From contig BOLA01000001.1 in the NCBI GenBank assembly GCA_016861265.1, forward strand, positions 671,118-735,117: a stretch of DNA of 64,000 bases, given 5' to 3'. The notes under the pieces were generated by a model, which did not search any database, was not told the origin of the DNA, and worked only from the letters and a program-made list of their open reading frames with translations. A program made the position numbers and the translations under genes. Position 1 is the stretch's first letter. Each line of letters begins with the position of its first letter. Positions 41,513 to 51,335 of the stretch are shown in pieces. Source of the stretch: Patescibacteria group bacterium (GTDB taxonomy: Bacteria; Patescibacteriota; Dojkabacteria; J137).

Positions 41513-43717
41513 ATGGAACTTGTAATAGTAGAGTCACCGTCAAAAGCAAAGACAATAGGTAAATACCTGGGTAAAGGCTATATTGTTAAGGCTTCTAAGG
41601 GCCACGTTGTGGACCTTCCTAAGTCTGGTCTAGCTATAGATGTAGAAAATAACTTTAAACCAGAGTATGTAATTACCAATCCTAAGTCCTTATCGGAGAT
41701 AAAAAAGAGTATGAAAGATGCTGATAAACTTATACTTGCTGTCGACTTGGATCGGGAGGGAGAAGCTATTGGTTGGCATCTTGCGAAAGAGCTTAAATTA
41801 ATTGACGAGAAGGGTAATCCAAAGGGTAAGAAGAAGATTGAAAGAATAGTCTTTCATGAAATTACAAAGGACGCAATACAAGATGCTATTAAAAATCCAA
41901 GAAATATTGATTTAAACTTGGTGAATGCTCAACAAGGCAGGAGATTGTTAGACAGGCTAGTAGGATATAAGCTATCTCCCTTATTATGGAAGAAAATTTC
42001 ATTTGGCTTATCTGCAGGTAGGGTTCAGTCGGTAGCATTAAGGCTTGTAGTTGAAAAAGAAGAGGAACGAAATAAGTTTAAATCTGAGGAATATTGGACT
42101 ATAGATGCAGGTCTTAATCAAAAAAATAGTAACAAAAAAGTAAGCATAAATTATATTGAATCTGCTGCAAAAGAGGATTCCGCCGAAAAAAAGAATAAAT
42201 CAGTTATAGATTCAATTAAATTTAACTTAGCTAAAATAGATGGCAAAAACCCTAAAATACCTAACAAGAAGGATTCTGAAGAAGTTGTTAATTTTGTTAA
42301 GGATAAGAAATGGATTATAACTAAAATAGAGAAGACTGAAAGTAAAAGAAATCCTAAAGCCCCTTTTATAACAAGTACACTTCAACAGGCTGGGGTAAAC
42401 AGTCTAGGATTTAGTGCAAAAAGAACTATGTCTGCTGCACAAAAGCTTTACGAAGCGGGTTTAATAACCTACATGAGAACAGACTCTACTGTAATGTCTA
42501 ACTTAGCTATTGACCAAGCAAGGGCATTTATAAAAAAAGAATATGGGAATGAGTACGTGCCTGTAAAGCCTAATGTCTATCAATCTAGCAATAAGTCAGC
42601 TCAGGAGGCTCACGAATGTATCAGGCCTACTGATTTTTCTAAGTTAGCGAGTCATTTAAAATTAGATGGAGATCAGGAAAGAGTATATACGCTCATTCGA
42701 GCAAGAGCTCTCAGTTCTCAGATGACTCCTGCAAGACTACTAAATACAACAATTCATATTGAACTAGGTAAGTACTTATTTACTGCTAATGGAAAAATAG
42801 TTCAGTTTCCAGGCTACTTAAGAGCATCAAAAGAAAAATCGGAAGATACAATTCTTCCGGAAGTAAAGCAGGGAGAAGAGTTATTTGCTGAAGTTATAAA
42901 TTCAATTCAGCACTTTACAGAGCCTCCTGCACGATACTCAGAAGCTACGTTAATTAAAAAAATGGAAGAACTAGGTATAGGTAGGCCTTCTACATATGCT
43001 TCAATTATTTCAACTATCTTAGCTAGAAAATATGTTGAGGCTGAAGGTAGATACCTAAAGCCTACTGACATGGGAAATGTTGTAAATAAACTTCTAGTCA
43101 ACTATTTCTCTAATGTTGTAGATTATGGATTTACAGCAGAGATGGAAAACAACCTGGATAGAATTGCAGAAGGAAAAATGGACTGGGTAAAAATGCTTAA
43201 AGACTTTTACTTTCCATTCGAAAAAGAAATAGAATTACAAGACAAAAAAATTGATAGAAGTGAGTTTAAGCAACTCGGGACTTCAGACGAAAAATGTCCA
43301 AAGTGTGGGAATCCAATGGTTATTAAATTAAGTAGGTACGGCAAGTTTTTAAGCTGTAGTAAATTTCCTGAATGTGATGGAATGAAGAGTCTAGACTCTG
43401 AAGGCGGAACAGAAGCCTTAACGCTAGATGAAGAAAAGTACGAAAAGGGTCCCGTCACAGAAGATGGAAGAGAGTTTATTTTGAAAAATAGTCGTTATGG
43501 TAAGTTCTGGGCTCACCCGGATTATCCTAAGGTAAAGGAAGCTAAGTCTCTAATTCTAAAAGAAAAATGTCCTTTGTGTAAGCACGGGCTTGTGGAAAGA
43601 AAGGGTAAATGGGGTAAGACTTTTATTGGTTGTTCAGATTATCCGAAGTGTAAGTATATTAAAAATGTAAAAGAAAGTAAGACTGAGGAAGAAACTTCTG
43701 AGCAGAATGTAAATTGA
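41513..43717 (+). CDS. topA: DNA topoisomerase I
   Basis: LVIVESPSKAKTI, DLDREGEAI, SAGRVQS, ITYMRTDS, C-terminal zinc ribbons. Confidence 0.98.
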   Translation: MELVIVESPSKAKTIGKYLGKGYIVKASKGHVVDLPKSGLAIDVENNFKPEYVITNPKSLSEIKKSMKDADKLILAVDLDREGEAIGWHLAKELKLIDEKGNPKGKKKIERIVFHEITKDAIQDAIKNPRNIDLNLVNAQQGRRLLDRLVGYKLSPLLWKKISFGLSAGRVQSVALRLVVEKEEERNKFKSEEYWTIDAGLNQKNSNKKVSINYIESAAKEDSAEKKNKSVIDSIKFNLAKIDGKNPKIPNKKDSEEVVNFVKDKKWIITKIEKTESKRNPKAPFITSTLQQAGVNSLGFSAKRTMSAAQKLYEAGLITYMRTDSTVMSNLAIDQARAFIKKEYGNEYVPVKPNVYQSSNKSAQEAHECIRPTDFSKLASHLKLDGDQERVYTLIRARALSSQMTPARLLNTTIHIELGKYLFTANGKIVQFPGYLRASKEKSEDTILPEVKQGEELFAEVINSIQHFTEPPARYSEATLIKKMEELGIGRPSTYASIISTILARKYVEAEGRYLKPTDMGNVVNKLLVNYFSNVVDYGFTAEMENNLDRIAEGKMDWVKMLKDFYFPFEKEIELQDKKIDRSEFKQLGTSDEKCPKCGNPMVIKLSRYGKFLSCSKFPECDGMKSLDSEGGTEALTLDEEKYEKGPVTEDGREFILKNSRYGKFWAHPDYPKVKEAKSLILKEKCPLCKHGLVERKGKWGKTFIGCSDYPKCKYIKNVKESKTEEETSEQNVN

Positions 43718-43790
43718 TTAGCGTAAAAGATATTAGAAAGTTATTAAATTTAATGGCTTTATACTAGATTATGGTATAATTTAGCCAAAT

Positions 43791-43838
43791 CCAACACGTA
43801 GATTATTTTCCTTGGGATTACCCTAAATCTACGGAAGT
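43791..43838 (+). promoter_or_regulatory. Possible S2 (rpsB-tsf) leader hairpin
   Basis: ACAC-CGTAGATT ... AATCTACG-GAAG stem between the TGgTATAAT promoter and rpsB. Confidence 0.45.
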
Positions 43839-43863
43839 TTATTTAATTTAAAGGAATACAAAA

Positions 43864-44904
43864 ATGGAAGAGAATAAGAATGCTCAGGCACAAGAGTCTA
43901 AAACTAGTGCAACTTTATCTATCCCTTCAGCTAAAGAATTACTTGAAGTAGGAATTCAATTTGGACATGAGTCTCAAAGATGGAATCCTAAGATGTCTAA
44001 GTATATTTACTCGGCTAAAAATAGAATTCATATTATTGATATTCACCAGACTGAGGAAAAGTTAAAAGAGGCTGTTAATTTCTTAACAGATGCTGCCTCA
44101 AGAGGTAATGTAATGTTTGTGGGAACTAAAAAACAGGCTGCAGATATTATAAAAGAAGAAGCAATAAGAAGTGGCTCATACTTTATTTCAAGTAGATGGG
44201 CAGGTGGAATTTTAACTAACTTTAATGTAGTTAAGAAAAGTCTAAATAAATTAGAGTCCCTAGAAAAATCTTTTTCAGAAGGAGTTCAAGACAGAACAAA
44301 ATACGAAGTATCTGTAATGAAAAAAGAGTGGGAGAGATTGAATAGACTTTATGAAGGAATTAAAACTTTGAATACAAAACCAACTGCAATTGTAATTGTT
44401 GATACAAGATTTGAAAAAGCTGCAGTAAGAGAAGCAAGAAAACTAAATATTCCTGTGGTCGCTTTAATAGATACAAACTGTGATCCAGATACAGCTGATT
44501 ATATTATTCCTGGAAATGATGATGCTATAGGATCTATTAAATTAGTACTTAAGACCCTAGCCGACGCTGTTCTAAAAGGGAATAAAGGAAATGGTATTAA
44601 ACATAACTTGGTTGATTATAATAAGGTTGAAATTAAAATTACAAAGACAGAAGATGTTAAGGAAAATAAAGAATTAATTGAGGAAGCACAGGGAAATGAA
44701 CCGAAAGTGAATGCACCTGTTAGAGAGGAAAAACGAACAGGAAGAAAATCTAAAGTAAAGGGCATGTTGGAAATCGCAAAAGAAAAAGCAACAAAAACAG
44801 GCGTAAAAAAAGAGTCTACAAAAAAAGTAGAAAAGAAAGAAGACAAAAAAATAGCTAAAACTGCAAAAAAGCCTGCAGCAAAAAAGGCAACAAAAACTAA
44901 ATAA
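43864..44904 (+). CDS. rpsB: 30S ribosomal protein S2 with Lys-rich C-terminal extension
   Basis: GIQFGH, RWNPKM, FVGTKKQA, DTNCDP, IPGNDDA. Confidence 0.97.
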   Translation: MEENKNAQAQESKTSATLSIPSAKELLEVGIQFGHESQRWNPKMSKYIYSAKNRIHIIDIHQTEEKLKEAVNFLTDAASRGNVMFVGTKKQAADIIKEEAIRSGSYFISSRWAGGILTNFNVVKKSLNKLESLEKSFSEGVQDRTKYEVSVMKKEWERLNRLYEGIKTLNTKPTAIVIVDTRFEKAAVREARKLNIPVVALIDTNCDPDTADYIIPGNDDAIGSIKLVLKTLADAVLKGNKGNGIKHNLVDYNKVEIKITKTEDVKENKELIEEAQGNEPKVNAPVREEKRTGRKSKVKGMLEIAKEKATKTGVKKESTKKVEKKEDKKIAKTAKKPAAKKATKTK

Positions 44905-44921
44905 TTTATTAAGGTAAATTT

Positions 44922-45554
44922 ATGGTAACAATAGATCAGATTAAAGAGTTAAGAACTATAACTGGAGCCGGAGTAGGGGCAGTTAGAGAAGCTCTTGAGA
45001 CAACAAATGGTGATGTAGCAGAAGCAATTAAATTCCTTAGAGCTAAGGGATTGGCTAAGGCCGGTAAGAGAAAAGGAAAAGTTGCAGAACATGGTATCTT
45101 GGGGACTTATATTCACTCAAACAAAAAATTTGTAGTAGTAGTAGAGGTTGCTTGTGAGACTGACTTTGCTGCTAAGAGTGAAGATATGAATAAATTTGCT
45201 AACGATTTGGCAGTTCATATCGCAGCTGTTAATCCTAAATATATTTCTGTTAGCTCAATTGACAAAGAAACTTTGGCTAATGAACTTTCAGCAGCTGAAT
45301 CTGGCCTGGATAACAAACCAGATGAAATAAGAAAAACGATAATTAATGGAAAACTGGAAAAATTCTACCAGGAGGTAGTATTATTAAAGCAGACATTATT
45401 TACTGATGAATCTAAAACAGTAGAAGATTATCAAAACGAAATGGTAGCTAAGATAGGCGAAAAAATAGAAATTACACAATTTTATAAATTTCAAGTTGGC
45501 GAACCAGTAGTTTCAAATACTGCTGCTCCCGAAGAAGAAGTAACAGAAGAATAA
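44922..45554 (+). CDS. tsf: Elongation factor Ts (short form)
   Basis: IKELRTITGAG, EVACETDFAA. Confidence 0.96.
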   Translation: MVTIDQIKELRTITGAGVGAVREALETTNGDVAEAIKFLRAKGLAKAGKRKGKVAEHGILGTYIHSNKKFVVVVEVACETDFAAKSEDMNKFANDLAVHIAAVNPKYISVSSIDKETLANELSAAESGLDNKPDEIRKTIINGKLEKFYQEVVLLKQTLFTDESKTVEDYQNEMVAKIGEKIEITQFYKFQVGEPVVSNTAAPEEEVTEE

Positions 45555-45556
45555 TT

Positions 45557-46105
45557 ATGTTGTTTGACCAAGACGAATACAAATTAGAGCTAGAAGAAAT
45601 CTTAGAGAGATTCAAATTAGAATTATCTAAGATTAGATCAGGCAAGGCTAGTATTTCGGTCTTTCAGAAAATTCAAGTTGAATCCTATGGAACTTTTATG
45701 GGACTTACTGCTGTAGCTAAGGTTATAGTAGACGGTCCCATGTCTGTTAAGTTAGAAGTGTGGGATAAATCTAATGTAACATCAGTAATAGAGGCATTAG
45801 AAAAGGTTGATTTGGGTGCGAGAATATCTCAAGAAGGTAACATCATTAGGATTAACTTTATTCCATTAACTGAAGAAGATAGGAAAGAAAAAGCTGATAA
45901 AATTATACCTAAGTTACTAAATGAATTTTTAACTAGGGCTAGAGAAATAAGAAGAGATTATAATGACAAAGTTAAATCTTTAGATAAAGTATCTGAAGAT
46001 GATCAAGAAAGAAGTTACGAAAAAATTCAGGAGATCTTAAAAGAATATGAAGGAGAGTTTGAATCCGCAGCTAAGAATAAAAAACTTGAATTATTGACTT
46101 TGTAA
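45557..46105 (+). CDS. frr: Ribosome recycling factor (divergent)
   Basis: KIRSGKA, VESYG, PLTEEDRK, REIRRD; position after tsf. Confidence 0.88.
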   Translation: MLFDQDEYKLELEEILERFKLELSKIRSGKASISVFQKIQVESYGTFMGLTAVAKVIVDGPMSVKLEVWDKSNVTSVIEALEKVDLGARISQEGNIIRINFIPLTEEDRKEKADKIIPKLLNEFLTRAREIRRDYNDKVKSLDKVSEDDQERSYEKIQEILKEYEGEFESAAKNKKLELLTL

Positions 46106-46106
46106 T

Positions 46107-47276
46107 ATGACTTTCATCCTCACAATTCTAATATTTGCATTAATAATTACAATATTAGTATCCATTCATGAATTTGGCCATTTTGCAGCTGCTAAATTAT
46201 CAGGAGTTGCGGTTCAAGAATTTGCTATAGGATTTGGTCCAACTATATTCAAGAAGCACTTCAGAGGTACAGATTATAAATTCAATATTTTTCCGTTAGG
46301 AGGATATGTTCAGCTAGAAGGTGAAACTGATGCATCTAATCCCCATGCATTCAGGAATACAAAGTTAAGAATTAAGGCATTTGTTTTAATGGCAGGCATA
46401 GTAATGAACTTAATATTAGCTATATTTTTGCTTCAGATTTATTTGGGTAATAATGGCTATCGGTTTGCTATACCTAAATTGGTAGATTATCAATTTACTA
46501 ATACTCAATTTCAGCAGTCATTTTATCCATTGATAGTTTCTTTTGTTGATCCTGAAGGTCCTTCTGTAGGTAAGTTCCAAGAAAACGAAGCTATAATCGC
46601 AGCCAATGGAATAGAGTTCAGCAGTATGAATGAATTCCTTCAAATTTTAAAGGATAATCAGAATAAGGAAATTGAATTTCAATTCATTGACTTTCAAAGT
46701 TTTGAGATATCAAAAAGAAACGTAACGTTGGGCAGCGCAGATGAGAATGGATCAATATTGAAGGTAGGTTTAGTTCCATATGATTCACAATCTGGCAAAA
46801 AAACTTATTTCTTGAAATATAATGAAGGATTAGGAGCAGGTTCCTCGATGACTTACGATGCATTCATATATCAATTTAAAGCACTGGGAGGTATCTTTTC
46901 AAATGCATTTTCAACAGGAAATTATCAGGAGGTATCGAATAGTGTGGGAGGGCTACCTGCAATAGGCAATCAAGTTGGCCAATTAGTTGAGTTTCAGGCA
47001 TATGATGTTTTAATACCATTAACAGCACTATTTAGTGTGAATTTAGCTATGTTCAATATATTGCCATTCCCAGCACTTGATGGGGGTCAGCTACTTTTTG
47101 CAGTTATTGAGAAGTTGAGAAGAAAAAAGTTTAGTGATCAATTTCTAAATAGGATTAATTTTGCAGGTTTTGTTCTATTAATGAGTTTAGGCCTTCTGGT
47201 TACTTTGAAAGATATAATTCAATTGAATTGGATAGGCAGCATTGTAGAGGGTGTTAAAAACATACTAGGAAGGTAA
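46107..47276 (+). CDS. rseP: RseP-like M50 intramembrane zinc protease
   Basis: HEFGH, FAIGFGP, PLGGYV, NILPFPALDGG. Confidence 0.93.
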   Translation: MTFILTILIFALIITILVSIHEFGHFAAAKLSGVAVQEFAIGFGPTIFKKHFRGTDYKFNIFPLGGYVQLEGETDASNPHAFRNTKLRIKAFVLMAGIVMNLILAIFLLQIYLGNNGYRFAIPKLVDYQFTNTQFQQSFYPLIVSFVDPEGPSVGKFQENEAIIAANGIEFSSMNEFLQILKDNQNKEIEFQFIDFQSFEISKRNVTLGSADENGSILKVGLVPYDSQSGKKTYFLKYNEGLGAGSSMTYDAFIYQFKALGGIFSNAFSTGNYQEVSNSVGGLPAIGNQVGQLVEFQAYDVLIPLTALFSVNLAMFNILPFPALDGGQLLFAVIEKLRRKKFSDQFLNRINFAGFVLLMSLGLLVTLKDIIQLNWIGSIVEGVKNILGR

Positions 47277-47353
47277 AATTTTGTAAATCCTACATAATTT
47301 TGTTAAAATTCCAGAGCTAATAATTTTGAAACTTTAGGGGAGGTAATTTTTAT

Positions 47354-47557
47354 ATGTCAGTTGTTGTACACGATGAGATGTCTTTAGACTTAGCTTTAAG
47401 ACTTTTATGGAGAGAAGCTACTAGAGAAGGAGTTATGGAGAAGTTAGAGGAAAAGAGATATTTTATTCCAAAAACTTTTACTAAACACCAAAAAACAAAA
47501 GTTTGGGCCAAAACAAAGAAGAGAAGAAGACAGGCAAGAAGAAAGCAAAAAATATAA
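47354..47557 (+). CDS. rpsU: 30S ribosomal protein S21
   Basis: SLDLALR, RYFIPK, basic C-terminus; SD GGGAGG. Confidence 0.75.
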   Translation: MSVVVHDEMSLDLALRLLWREATREGVMEKLEEKRYFIPKTFTKHQKTKVWAKTKKRRRQARRKQKI

Positions 47558-47577
47558 AAATAATTAATGAATTTTTT

Positions 47578-47602
47578 AACCCGCCAACTGGCGGGTTTTT
47601 TT
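47578..47602 (+). terminator. Intrinsic terminator after rpsU
   Basis: AACCCGCCA-AC-TGGCGGGTT-TTTTT. Confidence 0.85.
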
Positions 47603-47652
47603 ATTGATTTAATTACGGGCGTAGAAATTTATTTATATAGTATACTTATTTT

Positions 47653-49152
47653 ATGGCAGAAGTTTTATATAGAAAATACCGACCTACAAGTTTTGCCCAA
47701 ATTGAGGGTCAAGAATCCGTAGTACAGATACTAAAGGAATCCATTTTACAAGGTAAAGTTTCTCATGCCTATCTGTTTTGTGGGCCAAGGGGTTGTGGGA
47801 AGACTACAATAGCTAGAATTATGGCAAAAGCAGTTAATTGCGAAAATTTCGCTAAATTAGGCGATATTTGTAATAAGTGTGATGCTTGTACCGCAATAAA
47901 TAACGGAAGTATGGACATTATGGAGATGGATGCGGCAAGTAATAGAGGTATAGAAGAAATAAGAGTTGTTAGAGATACTGTAAACTTTGTTCCTAACTTT
48001 CTTGCAAAGAAAGTTTATATAATTGATGAGGCGCATATGTTAACAAAGGAGGCCTTTAATGCATTATTGAAAACTTTAGAAGAGCCGCCAGAACACGTTG
48101 TATTTGTATTGGCCACAACTGAGTCTCATAAACTTCCTGTAACAATCCTATCTAGGGTTACGAGATTTGATTTCAAATTAGGCAGTGAAAACGAGATTTT
48201 AAACAAGCTAGGCCGTATAGTAGCTTCGGAAGGATATTCAATTAGTTTAGATAGCTTAAGACTCATTTTTGAGTACTCTGGGGGAAGCTTTCGAGACTCT
48301 GAGAGTTTACTTTCTAAAGTTATTTTGACTTCCTCTTCAAAAGAGATTTCAGACGATCTAGTAAATAAGGCATTAGGTGTTGCTGATATCAAAAACATTG
48401 AAGGTTTTATTGAGGGATTTAAAAATAGAGACGTAAATAGATTAACCACTATAATTACTGAAATTTCAGAAAGTAATGATAATGTTCCAATATTTCTAGA
48501 ACAATTAATTCAGTCCGTGAACAATAAATTGATAGAACAAGCAAAAAGGGGTGCTCTTGAATATGAATACATAAGTATTGCTAACTTAGCTATAAAGATA
48601 AGGTCAGAAATACGGGACTTCTCTGACAAATCAACAATAGTGAATTTAGCATTACTCAGCTATTTTAATAGAGAGCAAATGTCCGCTACTATTTCGGGTC
48701 CACCTAAGCTTGAGAAACAGGTTTCAATAAAAAAGGAAGATGATGTTTCATTAGTAGAAGAAAGTAAAGCAGAAAAGAAAGAGGTTGTAGATATTAAGGA
48801 TAAATCTTTTACCGAAGCAGTGGCAATAAGAGCTCAGAGTAGTCTTCCTAGACTAAAGGGAATGATGAATACCGCTAAGATTGAAATTATTGGGGATGAA
48901 ATAAAGGTGAGTAGTCCGTATAAATTTAACCTTGCCTATATGTCAAAGAAAGAGGCACGAGATATTTTTCTTGAAGTTGCGAGGGAACTCTACGGAAAAA
49001 ATCTTGGTATAAGTTTTTCTATAGATGCAGATATTCAAATCCCAGCTAAAAATGAGGCTGAAAAAGTGGAAAATGATGATAAAATAATCGAGCCAAAGAA
49101 GAAAGTTGATAAAACAATCGATAATTCTAATTTGGTAGAAGAAATATTTTAA
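47653..49152 (+). CDS. dnaX: DNA polymerase III subunit gamma/tau
   Basis: LYRKYRP, GPRGCGKTT, MDAASNRG, IIDEAHML, NALLKTLEEPP. Confidence 0.97.
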   Translation: MAEVLYRKYRPTSFAQIEGQESVVQILKESILQGKVSHAYLFCGPRGCGKTTIARIMAKAVNCENFAKLGDICNKCDACTAINNGSMDIMEMDAASNRGIEEIRVVRDTVNFVPNFLAKKVYIIDEAHMLTKEAFNALLKTLEEPPEHVVFVLATTESHKLPVTILSRVTRFDFKLGSENEILNKLGRIVASEGYSISLDSLRLIFEYSGGSFRDSESLLSKVILTSSSKEISDDLVNKALGVADIKNIEGFIEGFKNRDVNRLTTIITEISESNDNVPIFLEQLIQSVNNKLIEQAKRGALEYEYISIANLAIKIRSEIRDFSDKSTIVNLALLSYFNREQMSATISGPPKLEKQVSIKKEDDVSLVEESKAEKKEVVDIKDKSFTEAVAIRAQSSLPRLKGMMNTAKIEIIGDEIKVSSPYKFNLAYMSKKEARDIFLEVARELYGKNLGISFSIDADIQIPAKNEAEKVENDDKIIEPKKKVDKTIDNSNLVEEIF

Positions 49153-49168
49153 ATTTTTTAATAATTAT

Positions 49169-49483
49169 ATGGGTGTATTAGATTTACCAAAGTTAGCTTT
49201 AAAGGCTAGAAAAATGCAAAGTCAGATGCAGGCAACAAAGTCTGTAGGTAAGAGCGGAACAATTGCTCTTATTATTAATGGTGTTTATTCAATTGTAGAA
49301 GTTGAGCCTGATTATGAGGAGCTTAAGAAAAGATTCCCAACCATCCCAGAGGATGTACTAAGAAAATTGGTAACAACTATAGCAAACGATACAAAAAAAG
49401 CTGTAGATGATGCTAAGAATCAGTTGCAAAAAGAGATGGCTGCTAATACTAGTCTAGATGATTTAAGAGGAATGTTGAATTAA
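49169..49483 (+). CDS. YbaB/EbfC family nucleoid-associated protein
   Basis: KARKMQSQM N-terminus; position between dnaX and recR. Confidence 0.75.
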   Translation: MGVLDLPKLALKARKMQSQMQATKSVGKSGTIALIINGVYSIVEVEPDYEELKKRFPTIPEDVLRKLVTTIANDTKKAVDDAKNQLQKEMAANTSLDDLRGMLN

Positions 49484-50088
49484 TGGCGAGTCTTCCTAAG
49501 GAAATAAATGATTTAACAGATGCATTCAGTAGTTTGCCGAATGTTGGTCCAAAGCTATCTGCTAGAATAGCAATATATTTATCTGTGAGTGCGAAAGATT
49601 TAGCTAAAAAGTTAAGTGAGTCTTTAGAGTCTGTAATCAATAACATTTCAAAATGTAACATATGCGGCAATGTGACTAATAAGGACATTTGTTCCGTATG
49701 CGAGGATGATAAGCGTGATAAATCAATAATCTTAGTGGTAGAAGATTCATTAGATTTAATAAATATCGAAAGCACAAGAGAGTATAGAGGCGTCTATCAT
49801 GTACTAGGAGGAGTAATTTCACCTATTAATGGTATTGGTCCTGACGACATTAATATAACCTCGCTAGTCAAGAGAGTCGAAGATGAGGCTATAAAAGAGG
49901 TAATTCTTGGCCTAAACCCTAATTTGGAGGGTGATTCTACGGCACTGTACATTAAAGATCAGTTAGAAACCGCACGACCGGATCTACAGATAACCAGGCT
50001 AGCTAAGGGAATTCCTGTAGGTGGAGATCTTGAGTATTTGTCTGGACAGACAATTATAGATTCTATGAAAAGTAGAATAAATTTTTAA
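49483..50088 (+). CDS. recR: Recombination mediator RecR
   Basis: LPNVGPKLSAR HhH, C4 zinc finger, YHVLGGVISP Toprim. Confidence 0.97.
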   Translation: MASLPKEINDLTDAFSSLPNVGPKLSARIAIYLSVSAKDLAKKLSESLESVINNISKCNICGNVTNKDICSVCEDDKRDKSIILVVEDSLDLINIESTREYRGVYHVLGGVISPINGIGPDDINITSLVKRVEDEAIKEVILGLNPNLEGDSTALYIKDQLETARPDLQITRLAKGIPVGGDLEYLSGQTIIDSMKSRINF

Positions 50089-50179
50089 TAGGTATTTAAA
50101 CTCTTAATCACTTGTTGTATAATCTACAGACTGTTTCAGATAAGGAATCAGGCAATTATTTATATAAACGCGTAAAAAT

Positions 50180-50467
50180 ATGAAGTACGAATTGGCACTT
50201 GTTATAAAGCCACTTAGCACAGAAGATGTTAAGGAGAAGGTTCTTCCAAAAGTAGAATCTACAGTAAAGGAATTAGGTGGAACAATAAAGTTAACAAATC
50301 CTTTGGGAAAAAGAATGTTAGCTTACCCAGTAAATAAATTTAAAGAAGGATTTTACTACTTCTACGATGTAGAAATGTCTTCAGGCAAAACTACAGAATT
50401 CAGAAAATCACTCAGAATGAATTCAGATGTATTAAGATCTTTATTGATTAAGAAAGAAGAAGTTTAA
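50180..50467 (+). CDS. rpsF: 30S ribosomal protein S6
   Basis: MKYEL, GKRMLAYPV, VLRSLL. Confidence 0.95.
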   Translation: MKYELALVIKPLSTEDVKEKVLPKVESTVKELGGTIKLTNPLGKRMLAYPVNKFKEGFYYFYDVEMSSGKTTEFRKSLRMNSDVLRSLLIKKEEV

Positions 50468-50491
50468 ATATTAATTTATTAGCTAAAGAAT

Positions 50492-50983
50492 ATGTCTAAA
50501 GCAAGATCATTAAATAAGGTAATGCTAATAGGAAATCTAACAAGAAATCCTGTAATTAGAGAAACTTCAAATGGTGTAACAGTTTGTTCTTTTGGGATTG
50601 CTACAAATACGAGTTGGAAAGATAAATCGGGTAGTGTAAAGGAAAAGGCTGAGTATCATAACTTAATTGCTTTCAATAAATTAGCTGAAATTTGTGCAAT
50701 GGTTCTTACAATTGGAATGTTAGTTTATGTTGAAGGTGAGTTAAGGACTAGAGTGACAGAAGGAAATGATGGAAAGAAAATCTATAGAACTGAGATCAAA
50801 TTAAATGACATGATTTTAATTGATAGCAAGGGTAAGAAAGGTGTAGGAGTTGATGCAGCAAAAGAAGCTGGGAAATCCCTACCACCAAGAGAAGTGTCCG
50901 AGGAAGACTTGGCTGGAGATCATAGATCTTCAACAGTGGATGCCGATTCAGATGATGAGTTCAAGAGTGAAGATTTATTTTAA
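50492..50983 (+). CDS. ssb: Single-stranded DNA-binding protein
   Basis: SLNKVMLIGNLTRNP, VYVEGELRTR, acidic tail ending EDLF. Confidence 0.96.
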   Translation: MSKARSLNKVMLIGNLTRNPVIRETSNGVTVCSFGIATNTSWKDKSGSVKEKAEYHNLIAFNKLAEICAMVLTIGMLVYVEGELRTRVTEGNDGKKIYRTEIKLNDMILIDSKGKKGVGVDAAKEAGKSLPPREVSEEDLAGDHRSSTVDADSDDEFKSEDLF

Positions 50984-51002
50984 TTTCAATATTATTTAAG
51001 GT

Positions 51003-51248
51003 ATGGCTTTCAAAAAGAAAAAACAAAAGAGAGTAATAAAGCAAGCTAAATTGTCTGATCCATTTAATAATGATCCTTCAAGAATTGATTATAAAGATAT
51101 TCAGACTTTAAAGAAGTTTATTACAACAAGAGGAAGAATTCTTCCTCCAGAAAAGACTGGAGTATCACCAAAATGCCAGAGAAAATTATCTGTTTCTATT
51201 AAAAGGGCAAGATATTTGGCATTAATTCCTTTCGCTCAATACGTATAA
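51003..51248 (+). CDS. rpsR: 30S ribosomal protein S18
   Basis: [30 protein letters not shown]. Confidence 0.97.
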   Translation: MAFKKKKQKRVIKQAKLSDPFNNDPSRIDYKDIQTLKKFITTRGRILPPEKTGVSPKCQRKLSVSIKRARYLALIPFAQYV

Positions 51249-51271
51249 GTACTGATAAGATTGTACTATCT

Positions 51272-51299
51272 AAAGCCTCGAAAATTTCGAGGCTTTTTT
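51272..51299 (+). terminator. Intrinsic terminator after rpsR
   Basis: AAAGCCTCGAAA-A-TTTCGAGGCTTT-TT. Confidence 0.85.
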
Positions 51300-51335
51300 A
51301 TTGTCTTTAAAAAATTTTACTCTATAATTGAAAGG

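Noticed and set aside
44780-44904. Low-complexity A-rich repeats at the rpsB 3' end
   Set aside because: Explained by the Lys/Ala-rich protein tail rather than a DNA repeat element
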